Positions 38,228-48,609 of a DNA stretch of 64,000 bases are shown here, piece after piece. The notes beneath the pieces were generated by a model. That model had not been told where the DNA came from, did no database searches, and saw nothing but the letters and a program-made list of their open reading frames with translations. The stretch's first letter is position 1, and every line of letters starts with the position of its first letter. Source of the stretch: an uncultured bacterium (lineage in GTDB: Bacteria; SAR324; NAC60-12); assembly GCA_965662845.1 (NCBI GenBank), contig CBFIJD010000009.1, positions 20,564-84,563 on the forward strand, written 5' to 3'. A program made the translations under genes and the position numbers.

Positions 38228-41200
38228 TTATGCGGCTTGGTGGTTCATGCTTTCAAGTACGAGTCGGTATTCGGTAGGCATCACTCTGACGAACTGAGAG
38301 AGGGTTTGTTCCCAATTCTCCAGCAAGCGTTCGGCTCGTTGGCTTTGGGTGTATTGACGGTGTTTGGTGATTTCTTCGCGGACCCACTGGGCTTCTTCCG
38401 GGTTTTGAATCGGCCCAAGCTCGACCATGCCCTGATTGCAGAGCTGATGGAAGCGTTGATGCTCGTCAAAGATGTAGGCGATGCCGCCGCTCATACCTGC
38501 GGCAAAGTTGCGACCGGTGACACCCAAGACGATGACACGCCCGCCCGTCATATACTCACAGCCATGATCGCCGACTCCTTCTACAACCGCGGTGGCGCCG
38601 CTGTTGCGCACAGCGAAGCGTTCGCCAGCGATGCCATTGAAGTATGCGGTGCCTTGGGTTGCCCCATAAAGGACGGTGTTGCCGATGAGGATGTTCTCGT
38701 CAGCTAGATAGGAAGCATTGCGTGGTGGATACACGATCAGTGTTCCGCCGCTGAGCCCCTTGCCCGTGTAATCGTTGGCGTCACCTTCCAGTTCTAAAGT
38801 GACCCCCGGAGCTAGAAAGGCTCCGAAGCTCTGGCCCGCAGAACCTCTCAGGTTACAGTGAATGGTGTGCGGTGGCAGCCCCTCAGCGCCGTAACGCTCG
38901 GCGACTCGCCCGCTGAGCATCGTCCCGACAGCGCGGTCAATATTTTTGACAGGCATCTCGATGCGTACGGCTTTGCGCTCTTCTAGCGCAGGCTGCGCTT
39001 GCGCGATCAATTGATGATCAATTTGTGTGGAGAGACCGTGGTCTTGTTCTTGGGTGCAGTAACGAGTGTCGTTGGCACCTACCTCAACTTGGTGAAGCAG
39101 CCCATCCAGCTTGACGTGCTTTGCTTTCCAGTGGTCGATGTCTGAGCGCTGCACCAGCATGTCGCTGCGACCGACCATCTCATCAAAGGTGCGGAATCCA
39201 CATTGCGCCATGATCTCACGGACTTCTTCCGCGACCATAAAGAAGTAGTTGATGACGTGTTCAGGTTGCCCAACGAACTTCTTCCGCAGCTCTGGATCTT
39301 GCGTGGCGATGCCGACGGGACAGGTGTTGAGGTGACATTTGCGCATCATGATACAGCCGATAGCGATCAAGGGCGCGGTCGAGAAGCCAAACTCCTCTGC
39401 TCCAAGCATGGCCGCAATCGCGACGTCACGACCGGTCTTGAGTTGTCCGTCGGTTTGTAAGCGCACGCGCCCACGCAAGCGGTTCAGCAGCAGAGTTTGG
39501 TGCGCTTCGGAAATCCCCAACTCCCAGGGCACGCCCGCATATTTGATGGAGGTCAACGGAGAGGCTCCTGTGCCACCGTCGTGGCCGGCGATGACGATCA
39601 TGTCAGCGTGCGTTTTGGCCACTCCAGCCGCGATGGTTCCAACGCCAGCTTCCGAGACGAGCTTGACGGTGATGCGGGCCTTGGGGTTCGCGTTTTTGAG
39701 ATCGAAAATCAGCTGCGCGAGGTCTTCAATCGAGTAGATGTCATGGTGGGGCGGTGGCGAAATCAGGGTCACCCCTGGGGTGGAGTGTCGAACTTTCGCG
39801 ATCTCTTGGCTGACTTTCTTGCCAGGGAGCTGCCCGCCCTCTCCAGGCTTGGCTCCTTGGGCAACTTTGATCTGCAACTCAATGCAGTTGACCAGGTAGT
39901 GAATAGTGACTCCAAAACGCCCGGATGCCACTTGCTTGATGCGGCTCATGGGCCAGTCACCATTTTCGTGCTTCTCAAAGCGCACCGGATCTTCCCCTCC
40001 TTCGCCGCTGTTGCTGCGCGCTCCGATGCGGTTCATCGCTATGGCCAGTGTCTGGTGGGCCTCCGTGCTGATGGAACCCAACGACATAGCTCCAGTTGCA
40101 AAGCGTCGGACAATTTCTTTGGCTGGTTCCACGTCTGCCAGCGGGACTGCGGCTCCAGCTCGGAAAGTCAACAGGCTACGCGGCGCGGCGAGCTTGCGAG
40201 TCTGCTCGTTGATCATCTGTGAGAACTGCCGGTAGACTTCGCGGCTATTTTCTTGAGCAGCCTTTTGCAGGGTTTGCGTCGTGTAGGGATTGACCTGATG
40301 ATACTCCCCTCGTCGGCGCCAGTAGTAGTTTCCGCCGACATCAAGAGTGGAGCGCACATCTGGAGAGTCATTGTAGGCCTCGGCGTGGCGGCGGAGTGCT
40401 TCTTCAGCGATGACATCAACGCCAATGCCGCTGATGCGAGATGGTGTCCCTGAGAAATAGGTGCGGACTACGTCTTCATGGAGGCCGATGGCTTCAAAAA
40501 TTTGCGCGCCTCGGTAACTCTGAATGGTAGAAATCCCCATCTTTGCGAAGACTTTGAGCATCCCCTTGCGGATCGCTTTGAGATAGTTGGTCGTGGCTTG
40601 TTCGAGCGTCAACGTGGCAGGCAAGGTCTCTTCTGAGAGCATCTGCTCGAAGGTTTCAAAGGCGAGGTAAGGATTCACGGCGCCCGCCCCATAGCCGACG
40701 AGCAGGCAGAAGTGGGCGATTTCTCGGGCTTCTCCTGTCTCTAAGATGATGCTGGAAGAGCTGCGCATTTTTTGGCGGATCAGGTGATGGTGCACCGCTC
40801 CGGTCGCCAAGAGCGCCGGGATGGCGACGTGTTCCCGCCCGACACCGCGGTCGCTCAAGATCAAATATTCTTTGCCTGCACGAATCGCGGCCTCGGCTTC
40901 CTGACACAGTCGCTCTAGGGCTTGCTCTAGCCCTGCGGGGCCTGCGCTGACAGGAACGAGCAAAGAGAGCCTTGCCGCGCCATCGAGGTGGTGGAGCTTG
41001 CAAAGTTCTTCGTTGGTGAGGATGGGGGTCTCTAGTTTAATCAGGCGAGCGTGTCCAGGCTCTGGGCGGAGAATATTGCCTTCGCCACCAAGATGTGAGG
41101 TCAGCGACATCACCATCTCTTCGCGGATCGAGTCAATCGGTGGATTGCTGACCTGCGCAAAGATTTGCTTGAAGTAATTGTAGAGCAGTTGGGGGCGATC

Positions 41201-42712
41201 AGACAAAACCGCCAGCGGGGCGTCGTTGCCCATGGAGCCAGTTGCCTCTCCCCCGTCGGTTATCATGGGAGCGAGCAACACATTGAGATCTTCTATGGTG
41301 TAGCCGAACAGCTTTTGACGTTCGAGGAGCGTGTTGGCGTCAGTGGTAGGGACATCGGCTGGAGCGGGCAACGCTTCGAGGGTGAGGACCTGCTCGTTCA
41401 GCCACTGCTGATAAGGCTGGGCTTGACAGATCTCTTGCTTCAACTCTTCGTCGCTGATGATGCGACCTTCGCGGGTGTCTACCAAGAACATCTTTCCTGG
41501 TTGCAGTCGACCTTTCTGAATGATGCGGGCCGGATCGATGTCTACCGCGCCGACTTCGGAGGCCATAATCACGAGGTCATCATCGGTCACGATGTAGCGA
41601 GCAGGGCGCAGTCCATTTCGATCCAGCGTTGCTCCAATTTGAATTCCGTCCGTAAATGCCAAGGCGGCGGGGCCATCCCACGGTTCCATCATGTGCTCAT
41701 GATATTCGTAGAAGGCACGCTTTTCTGCGGCCATTCCGGGGCTGTTTTCCCAAGCTTCTGGAACCAGCATCATCATGGCGTGGGACAGCGAATAGCCAGA
41801 CAAGACCAAAAATTCGAGAACGTTGTCCAAGCAAGCGGAGTCGCTTCCGCGTGGGACAATGATCGGCAGCAGGTCGCGGATGTTCTCGTAAAGAGGGCTC
41901 TCGAGCTTCTCTTGGCGAGACTTCATCCAGTTGATGTTGCCACGCAGCGTGTTGATTTCCCCGTTGTGAGCAAGGTAGCGGAAGGGCTGCGCGAGGTCCC
42001 ATCGGGGGAAGGTGTTGGTGGGGAAGCGTGTGTGCGAGAGCGCGATGCCACTCACAAAGCGCTCGTCAGCAAGGTCGAGGTAGAAGCGGTCCATCTGCTC
42101 TGGCATGAGCATGCCCTTGTAGGCAATCGTGCGCGTCGACATGCTGGTGATTACAAACTCTTCTATGTCTTGAAGAGTATTGCGAATTTCGTTGCGAGCC
42201 ACATACAGCAGGCGCTCGAAGGCTTGTTGATCGGCGGCTTGGCCTCTGCCAATGAACAACTGACAAATGACCGGCATGGCTTCGCTCGCTTGTTGCCCAA
42301 CGTGCCGCGTGTCCACAGGGACGTCACGCCAACCGAGCTTGGGCAACCCATTCTCTTCTAGAATATTGACGACAGCCTCGACGCAATGCTTCTGTTGCTT
42401 TTGGTCTTGAGGCAAGAAGATCGTGGCTACGCCGTAGTCGCCAAATGCAGGCAGCGAGACGCTCATCCGTGCACACTCCTCTCTGAAAAACGCGTCTGGA
42501 ATCTGAAGGAGAATCCCCGCACCGTCGCCAGTCTCTGGGTCTGCGCCAATCGCTCCGCGATGGGTCAGGTTACAAAGCAGTTGCAATCCTTGTCGGACAA
42601 TCTGATGAGACTGTTGATTGTGAATATGAACGACAAAGCCCACGCCACAGCTATCGTGTTCGAGTTGTGGGTCGTAAAGTCCTTGCTGGCGAGGATACTG
42701 ATTGCTGCTCAT
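38228..42712 (-). CDS. gltB: Glutamate synthase large subunit
   Basis: ~1494 aa; N-terminal amidotransferase ...DSCGVGF, FMN and GXGXXG domains; start at MSSNQYP after AAGGAAGG RBS (track ORF extends to 42772). Confidence 0.95.
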   Translation of the reverse strand: MSSNQYPRQQGLYDPQLEHDSCGVGFVVHIHNQQSHQIVRQGLQLLCNLTHRGAIGADPETGDGAGILLQIPDAFFREECARMSVSLPAFGDYGVATIFLPQDQKQQKHCVEAVVNILEENGLPKLGWRDVPVDTRHVGQQASEAMPVICQLFIGRGQAADQQAFERLLYVARNEIRNTLQDIEEFVITSMSTRTIAYKGMLMPEQMDRFYLDLADERFVSGIALSHTRFPTNTFPRWDLAQPFRYLAHNGEINTLRGNINWMKSRQEKLESPLYENIRDLLPIIVPRGSDSACLDNVLEFLVLSGYSLSHAMMMLVPEAWENSPGMAAEKRAFYEYHEHMMEPWDGPAALAFTDGIQIGATLDRNGLRPARYIVTDDDLVIMASEVGAVDIDPARIIQKGRLQPGKMFLVDTREGRIISDEELKQEICQAQPYQQWLNEQVLTLEALPAPADVPTTDANTLLERQKLFGYTIEDLNVLLAPMITDGGEATGSMGNDAPLAVLSDRPQLLYNYFKQIFAQVSNPPIDSIREEMVMSLTSHLGGEGNILRPEPGHARLIKLETPILTNEELCKLHHLDGAARLSLLVPVSAGPAGLEQALERLCQEAEAAIRAGKEYLILSDRGVGREHVAIPALLATGAVHHHLIRQKMRSSSSIILETGEAREIAHFCLLVGYGAGAVNPYLAFETFEQMLSEETLPATLTLEQATTNYLKAIRKGMLKVFAKMGISTIQSYRGAQIFEAIGLHEDVVRTYFSGTPSRISGIGVDVIAEEALRRHAEAYNDSPDVRSTLDVGGNYYWRRRGEYHQVNPYTTQTLQKAAQENSREVYRQFSQMINEQTRKLAAPRSLLTFRAGAAVPLADVEPAKEIVRRFATGAMSLGSISTEAHQTLAIAMNRIGARSNSGEGGEDPVRFEKHENGDWPMSRIKQVASGRFGVTIHYLVNCIELQIKVAQGAKPGEGGQLPGKKVSQEIAKVRHSTPGVTLISPPPHHDIYSIEDLAQLIFDLKNANPKARITVKLVSEAGVGTIAAGVAKTHADMIVIAGHDGGTGASPLTSIKYAGVPWELGISEAHQTLLLNRLRGRVRLQTDGQLKTGRDVAIAAMLGAEEFGFSTAPLIAIGCIMMRKCHLNTCPVGIATQDPELRKKFVGQPEHVINYFFMVAEEVREIMAQCGFRTFDEMVGRSDMLVQRSDIDHWKAKHVKLDGLLHQVEVGANDTRYCTQEQDHGLSTQIDHQLIAQAQPALEERKAVRIEMPVKNIDRAVGTMLSGRVAERYGAEGLPPHTIHCNLRGSAGQSFGAFLAPGVTLELEGDANDYTGKGLSGGTLIVYPPRNASYLADENILIGNTVLYGATQGTAYFNGIAGERFAVRNSGATAVVEGVGDHGCEYMTGGRVIVLGVTGRNFAAGMSGGIAYIFDEHQRFHQLCNQGMVELGPIQNPEEAQWVREEITKHRQYTQSQRAERLLENWEQTLSQFVRVMPTEYRLVLESMNHQAA

Positions 42713-42932
42713 TGCCTTCCTTGCTGAGGTCTGATTGGTCGTAAAGTGCGGAAGCGCGGCGCATCCGTTCACTCCGCCGTGCGACGAAGCGGGGACAAGA
42801 GTCTGCGGATGGCTGGGTCGTGCCCGTGGAACGGTGACAACAATTGCGAGGGGTTCGCTTCCTGTGGAGGATGCTGGGAGTCGACGGCTTCCGGGGGAGA
42901 AGTGGAAGAGTGCTATTTGAAGTCGACTTAGA

Positions 42933-42960
42933 CCGAATGTGACAAAATATTATCATTCGG
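42933..42960. promoter_or_regulatory. Interrupted palindrome CCGAATG-N14-CATTCGG upstream of ccoI
   Basis: Read directly in the 460-bp gltB/ccoI intergenic region; second palindrome AGGCAA-gatctg-TTGCCT at 43005..43022. Confidence 0.35.
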
Positions 42961-43172
42961 ATTCTTGAAAAGCAACCTGCAATAATCTCTGTTTTTTGCT
43001 GGAAAGGCAAGATCTGTTGCCTCAAAAAGTTACAACGACAAGCCGCGAGTAACGCCAGATTCTTTGGGAAGTTGCAAGCCGCTATAGGTAACTTTACGAA
43101 TAGCTGGTAAAAATTCGCATTGCAATACTACGCGAACTTTTTGTTCGTCTTCATTCTGGGCCCCAAAAAACT

Positions 43173-45617
43173 ATGCAAAATCAGTCTTCTTCTTGCTGTC
43201 CTTCTACGACACAAGCGCCTACGTCTGGCTCATGCTGTCCGAGTAAGCAAGCCGCGGTGGCTGAGCCCACGCCAAAAATTCAGATCGCGCCCGACGCTCA
43301 ACGCCACGCAAGCACTCCTGATCTTGACTCCGTGGTGTTTCGCAAACACTACGTCACCGCAAAAGACGGAGTCAGCGAAATTACTCTGCTCATGAAGGGA
43401 ATTCGCTGTGCAGCCTGTGTGAACCAGAACGAGACCGCGATCGAAGCCTTAGAAGGCGTGGAGGAGTTTCGCATCAATTACAGCAACCATCGCGGGATAC
43501 TACGCTGGGACGCGGACAAGCTGTCGCTACAAACCGTGATGGACGTGATCCAAAGTCTTGGATATGACGCGACGCCTCATTGTACGACCTCCCACGAGTC
43601 CGACCTAGATTCCCAGCGCCAGAGTGACTACATCCGCCTTGTGGTCGCGGTCTTTTGTTCCATGAACCTGATGTGGATCGCGATTGCTCAGTATGCAGGA
43701 TATTTCTCAGGGATTTCTCAACGTGCGACCGATCTGTTCAATCTGGCTGGATTTATTCTGGCGACGCCCGTCTTATTTTATGCGGGGCAGCCCTTTTTCA
43801 AAGGCGCGCTAGCCGGGATGCGCAACCGCATGCTCTCGATGGATTTCCAGATCGCCGCCAGCACTTCCATCATCTACCTCTACAGCATTTACGCCGCGAT
43901 TAGTCGCAGCGGAGAGACCTACTTTGAAGCCGTGGCGATGTTCATTATGTTCATCTCTATCGGTAAATATTTGGAGCTGATCGCCACACAGCGCATCACA
44001 GAGATTAGCCGTCATCTCAAGACGCTCCTGCCGTTTGCGGCGACAAGGATTGTAGACGGCAAGCGCGAGACCGTAGAGCTAGACCAAATTGAGACAGGCT
44101 GGATTCTGGAGACGCAGCCGGGCGAGCGAATTGTGGCCGATGGCAAAGTGTTGAATGGTACCTCTAGCGTTGACGAGTCGCATCTCACGGGGGAGTCGCT
44201 GCCAGTCATCAAAACGCAAGGCGCAGAAGTGAGCAGTGGGAGTATCAATTTGGAGGGCGTGTTGCGCTATGAGGTCGTGCGCCCTGTGCAAGAGTCTACG
44301 ATTTCGCGCATCATCAACTTGGTGGAAGACGCCCTGGGGCGAAAGCCACGCACTCGCCTGCTGGCAGATTCTCTGACGAAATATTTTGTCACCTTTATGA
44401 CGGTCATTGCCTCCGCCGTGTTTGCCTACGAGCTGTTATATGCAGGCGGGCTAGAGGTCGCGATTGTCCACGCGGTCTCTGTGTTGATCATCGCTTGTCC
44501 TTGTGCGCTATCGCTAGCGACCCCGATTGCCGTTTTGACAGGGATTTCCACCGCCACCGAACAAAAAATCCTCTTTCGTAGTGGGACGCAGTTCGAGACG
44601 CTCTGCAACATCACGGATGTGGTCTTAGACAAGACAGGCACTCTGACAGAGGGCAACCCCGCTGTGAATGAACATCGCAGCGCATTAGACGCCCCGCTGG
44701 TATTGGCGCAAGCGTTGACACAGAACTCTCGGCACCCTATCTCTAAGGCTGTAGAGCGATATTGCGCACAACAGGAGACCTCGACGGGCGATCTCCCTGA
44801 TTTGCAAGACTTTCAAGAGATCCCAGGGCAAGGAGTGCGTGCGCTCTGGAATGACAAAACCGTGTTGGGAGGGAATCCTGCGTTTTTGCTAGAGCAAGGA
44901 GTCACGTTTAGCGAAGCACAGCAGCAAGACTTGCAGCGATTTCGCTCGCAATGCCAAACGCTGTTCTTGCTGGCGCTGGACGGCGAACTTGTGGAGACCT
45001 ACGCGATCAGTGATCCGCTCAGACAAGAGAGCGCAGAGACCGTGCAGCACTTGCAGTCGTTGGGGTTGCGGGTGCATTTGCTGACGGGCGATCATCAGAC
45101 GGTGGCTGAAAAGGTCGCGCAACGCTGCGGCATTCCGATGACGCTGGTGCGAGCTTCTGTGCAGCCGGAACAAAAGCAGGCATACGTAGAGCAGATGCAT
45201 CAAGAGGAGCGCGTGGTGATCATGGTGGGCGATGGCATCAATGATGCGCCGTCCCTCGCAAAAGCTGACATCGGCATCGCGATGGGGACTTCAGCAGACA
45301 AAGCCCTGGAAATCTCGGATATCGTGTTGCTGAGCAATGATTTGCGGGCCATTCCCCAAGCGATGCAGATCGCCCGAGGAACCTTTCGCTTAGTGCGCCA
45401 GAACATGAAACTCTCACTTGTCTACAACTTGATTGCGATTCCGCTCGCCGTGGTAGGCTGGGTCATTCCGTTAATCGCCGCTCTCTCCATGTCGTTCTCA
45501 TCGCTGATGGTCGTGCTGAACTCGTTGCGTGCGCGACACGGGCTCCGACAAAAGCTCAAGCAATCCAAGTCCACAGCCGCACCAAGACCGGCGACCCAAC
45601 GACCACGCGCGATATGA
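43173..45617 (+). CDS. ccoI: Heavy-metal (Cu) translocating P1B-type ATPase, CcoI/FixI-like
   Basis: HMA domain GIRCAACV, CPC (IIACPCALSLATP), DKTGTLT, GDGINDAP; N-terminal SSSCCPS...SCCPS; ATGA-coupled to ccoS. Confidence 0.85.
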   Translation: MQNQSSSCCPSTTQAPTSGSCCPSKQAAVAEPTPKIQIAPDAQRHASTPDLDSVVFRKHYVTAKDGVSEITLLMKGIRCAACVNQNETAIEALEGVEEFRINYSNHRGILRWDADKLSLQTVMDVIQSLGYDATPHCTTSHESDLDSQRQSDYIRLVVAVFCSMNLMWIAIAQYAGYFSGISQRATDLFNLAGFILATPVLFYAGQPFFKGALAGMRNRMLSMDFQIAASTSIIYLYSIYAAISRSGETYFEAVAMFIMFISIGKYLELIATQRITEISRHLKTLLPFAATRIVDGKRETVELDQIETGWILETQPGERIVADGKVLNGTSSVDESHLTGESLPVIKTQGAEVSSGSINLEGVLRYEVVRPVQESTISRIINLVEDALGRKPRTRLLADSLTKYFVTFMTVIASAVFAYELLYAGGLEVAIVHAVSVLIIACPCALSLATPIAVLTGISTATEQKILFRSGTQFETLCNITDVVLDKTGTLTEGNPAVNEHRSALDAPLVLAQALTQNSRHPISKAVERYCAQQETSTGDLPDLQDFQEIPGQGVRALWNDKTVLGGNPAFLLEQGVTFSEAQQQDLQRFRSQCQTLFLLALDGELVETYAISDPLRQESAETVQHLQSLGLRVHLLTGDHQTVAEKVAQRCGIPMTLVRASVQPEQKQAYVEQMHQEERVVIMVGDGINDAPSLAKADIGIAMGTSADKALEISDIVLLSNDLRAIPQAMQIARGTFRLVRQNMKLSLVYNLIAIPLAVVGWVIPLIAALSMSFSSLMVVLNSLRARHGLRQKLKQSKSTAAPRPATQRPRAI

Positions 45618-45832
45618 ATGTCTTGCCGATGTTGCTCGGCATCTCACTGGTGCTCGGCCTGATTGGACTGGTTGGTTTCATCTGGGGAATCAAACGGGGA
45701 ATGTTTGAAGACCCTGAGCGCGTACGGCACAAAATTTTGCTCGACGACGAAGAAGAGGAACAATACCAACAAATGCTCCAACAAAAATCGGAATCCCCCT
45801 CCGCAGTTGACAAATCCGACACCCACAACTGA
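45614..45832 (+). CDS. ccoS: cbb3-type cytochrome oxidase maturation protein CcoS/FixS
   Basis: 72 aa, single TM then FIWGIKRGMFEDPERVRHKILLDDEEEE matching the CcoS consensus. Confidence 0.8.
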   Translation: MNVLPMLLGISLVLGLIGLVGFIWGIKRGMFEDPERVRHKILLDDEEEEQYQQMLQQKSESPSAVDKSDTHN

Positions 45833-45837
45833 AGGCT

Positions 45838-46245
45838 ATGCTCAACGTCCACACCATCTTAGTCCCGACCGATTGTACAGAGCGCTCCCGCCACGCAGTC
45901 CGCTACGCGACCGAATTGGCGCACCAATTCCAAGCGAGCATTCGACTATTGCACATAGTTGAGGGCGAAAGCGGACGAAGCAACCTCCCCAAAGAGGCGC
46001 TCGAACATTTTTGGAAGACCTTTTTCTGCAACTGCCCTTGCGATCTTGTGGTGCGGAGCGGGGATCCTTGCTCCGAAATTCTGGGGTATGTGCTGGAAGA
46101 GCCTGTGGACTTGATTGTCATGAACATGACGCGCCAGCGCAGCCTCGGCAGCAATCTCAACGGACACATCACCGAGAACGTCACGCGCTACAGCCCCTGC
46201 CCCGTCCTCTGCGTCAAAGAGACGCCAAACCCGCCTGCAACCTGA
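45838..46245 (+). CDS. Universal stress protein
   Basis: 135 aa UspA fold: ILVPTDCTERSRHAVRYATELA ... DLIVMNMTRQ ... VTRYSPCPVLCV. Confidence 0.8.
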   Translation: MLNVHTILVPTDCTERSRHAVRYATELAHQFQASIRLLHIVEGESGRSNLPKEALEHFWKTFFCNCPCDLVVRSGDPCSEILGYVLEEPVDLIVMNMTRQRSLGSNLNGHITENVTRYSPCPVLCVKETPNPPAT

Positions 46246-46297
46246 CGGTTCTCTGCCTTCTCACAACGCTCGCCGATTCTCTGAGACACTGCCAAGC

Positions 46298-48541
46298 ATG
46301 GACTCGCGTATCTCCGCGTTTGTCGACGCGATCGACACCTTATTTCTGATTCTCACCCCAGACGGTCGCATCCAAGCCTTCAATCGCGTTTGTCAAGAGG
46401 TGACCGGCTACACGCTGGAGGAGGTGCAAGGCCAATACGTCTGGGATCAATTTTTTTCCACGCGCGAGAAGCAGTTTCTGAACTCACTGTTTCAGCAAGT
46501 CCAACACCCGCCGTATCGCAACAGCTACGAAAATCTCTGGATTACCAAAGATGGGCAATATCGGCTGATCTCGTTCACCAACTGCGCGATTGTTGCGGAG
46601 GGGCGGGTGCGGCAAATCTGTGTGACCGGTGTGGATATCACGCAGCATCGCCGAATGACCGAAGAGCTGTGGAAGTATCGCATTCTGCTGGAAGAGCAAG
46701 TGCGGAAGCGCACCGCAGAGCTGAAAGCCTCCCAGACGCGCTTTGCCGGAATTCTGGAGATTTCGGAAGCGGCGATTGTCTCCGCAGATGAGTTCTTCAA
46801 CATCATTATCTTCAACCGAGGCGCCGAAAAAACCTTTGGTTACGAAGCGTCGGAAGTGATTGGACAACCGCTCAACATCCTGCTGCCGAAGCGTTTTCAT
46901 GCGGGCCACAACCAGTTCATGCGTCGCTTTCTGGAGAGCGATCAGCCTTCCCGCAATATGAGCGAGCGCTCTGAGATTTATGGAACTCGCAAGGACGGCA
47001 GTGAGTTCGTGGCCGAGGCGACGATTTCGAAGCTGACCATCAACGACGAAATGATTCTGACGGCGATGTTGCAGGACATTACGGAGCGCAGACGCATTGA
47101 ACTAGAGCTGCGCAACGCGAAAGAGCAGGCTGAGGCGTCTAACCTTGCGAAGACCCAGTTTTTGGCGAACATGAGCCATGAGATTCGCACGCCTTTGAAT
47201 TCGATCGTCGGGCTCAGTCAAATTCTGATGCATCGGAGCCGAGATCTTTCGCTGCCGAGGGAATTTCAAGATTATTTAGAAGACATCCGTGTGAGCGGCG
47301 AGAACCTCTCTGAGCTGATCAATAACATTCTCGACCTCTCCAAAATTGAGGCGGGAAAACAGGTAGCTTGCTTGGATGCGGTGAATCTGCGTGTGCTGGT
47401 GCAGGGGGTGTATCAAATCAACAAAGTCCAAGCCCTCGAAAAAGATATTCGCTTCTCATACTACTTAGAGCCGACACTGCCACCGATGATTCAGTCAGAC
47501 CGCACGATGCTGAATCAAATTTTGATGAACCTGATTGGCAACGCGATCAAGTTCACGCCCTCCGGCAAGTCGGTAGAGCTTCAGGTGCGCCAAGAGAAGA
47601 GCGAACTGATCTTGGATGTGATTGACCAAGGCATCGGGATCCCAGCCGAACACCAGCAGGCGATTTTTGAGTCCTTCGAGCAAGCGGATAAGTCGATCAC
47701 CCGCGCTTTTGGCGGCAGCGGTTTGGGGCTCTCCATCACGCACAGCATGGTGCAGAGTTTGTCTGGAAACATTGAACTGCGCAGTGACGCTGGCCGAGGG
47801 GCGTGTTTTACGGTGCGGCTGCCCTTGAATCCCGTTTCCGAAAGCGCCGGCGAGCTGCCGGATCATGCGTTTGATCTGCGGTTTGCCGAGGACAACTTGG
47901 TGCTGCTGGTCGAAGACAATCTGAAGAATCAGAAGATGATGCAGGCGCTCTTTTCAGATCTGGGCTTGCCGCTGGAAGTCGCTTCTAACGGTCCTGCTGC
48001 GCTGGAGTTGGTTCAGGCGCATCGACCTGACTTGGTGTTGATGGACATGCACATGCCAGAAATGGACGGCTTAGAGACCACGAAGCGTCTGTTGCAACTT
48101 GAGAACGGGAGCGATGTGCCGGTCGTCATTCTCTCTGCGGATGCTTTCCTCTACCAACAAGAAGAAGCGCTGGCGACCGGGATTGCGGGGTATCTCACGA
48201 AGCCGCTGGATTTCCGCAAACTGTTCCCCGTGTTGCAGCGCTATTTGCGTTGGCATGCAGAAAATCCAGAGACTCCCGATACGCTTGCCGCGGACGGTCT
48301 GACGCCTGAGACCATTGTTCAACTGCAAGCGTGCTGCATGCAGCTCCGCGATACGCCGTTGTTTCTGGCCGATGACATCATTCGCCTCGTGCAGCAGATG
48401 ATTCAACTTTGTGGTGAGACGGACACTCCGTTTGTGCCGCTGTTACAGCAAGTTGAGTATGCAATGTTCAACCGAGCATCGCAGACGGTTCCTGATCTCA
48501 TTGATAAACTCTGTAGTTTGCTGGAAGACCTGCAACCCTGA
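46298..48541 (+). CDS. Hybrid sensor histidine kinase: PAS-PAS-HisKA-HATPase-REC plus C-terminal helical (possible HPt-like) tail
   Basis: Two PAS units, H-box MSHEIRTPLNSIVG, HATPase (DQGIGIP, GGSGLGL), REC (LVLLVEDN...DLVLMDMHMPEMDG...KP). Confidence 0.85.
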   Translation: MDSRISAFVDAIDTLFLILTPDGRIQAFNRVCQEVTGYTLEEVQGQYVWDQFFSTREKQFLNSLFQQVQHPPYRNSYENLWITKDGQYRLISFTNCAIVAEGRVRQICVTGVDITQHRRMTEELWKYRILLEEQVRKRTAELKASQTRFAGILEISEAAIVSADEFFNIIIFNRGAEKTFGYEASEVIGQPLNILLPKRFHAGHNQFMRRFLESDQPSRNMSERSEIYGTRKDGSEFVAEATISKLTINDEMILTAMLQDITERRRIELELRNAKEQAEASNLAKTQFLANMSHEIRTPLNSIVGLSQILMHRSRDLSLPREFQDYLEDIRVSGENLSELINNILDLSKIEAGKQVACLDAVNLRVLVQGVYQINKVQALEKDIRFSYYLEPTLPPMIQSDRTMLNQILMNLIGNAIKFTPSGKSVELQVRQEKSELILDVIDQGIGIPAEHQQAIFESFEQADKSITRAFGGSGLGLSITHSMVQSLSGNIELRSDAGRGACFTVRLPLNPVSESAGELPDHAFDLRFAEDNLVLLVEDNLKNQKMMQALFSDLGLPLEVASNGPAALELVQAHRPDLVLMDMHMPEMDGLETTKRLLQLENGSDVPVVILSADAFLYQQEEALATGIAGYLTKPLDFRKLFPVLQRYLRWHAENPETPDTLAADGLTPETIVQLQACCMQLRDTPLFLADDIIRLVQQMIQLCGETDTPFVPLLQQVEYAMFNRASQTVPDLIDKLCSLLEDLQP

Positions 48542-48609
48542 CTCGCTTGCAATGACAGAACAAGTATGTAACGTTTCCGCGCTCACACAGACCCTTCACG
48601 GAGACGTTC

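Noticed and set aside
41165-42361. 398-aa plus-strand ORF (and 39497..40222, 241 aa)
   Set aside because: Antisense to gltB, whose identity is unambiguous; typical high-GC antisense open frames.
42933-42960. FNR/FixK anaerobox or CRP site upstream of ccoI
   Set aside because: TGTGAC-aaaatatt-ATCA gives N8 rather than N4/N6 spacing and mismatches both consensus half-sites; reported only as a palindrome.
43005-43022. Sigma-54 promoter reading of GGCAAGATCTGTTGC
   Set aside because: GG to GC spacing is one nt too long; more simply a perfect 6-bp-arm palindrome.
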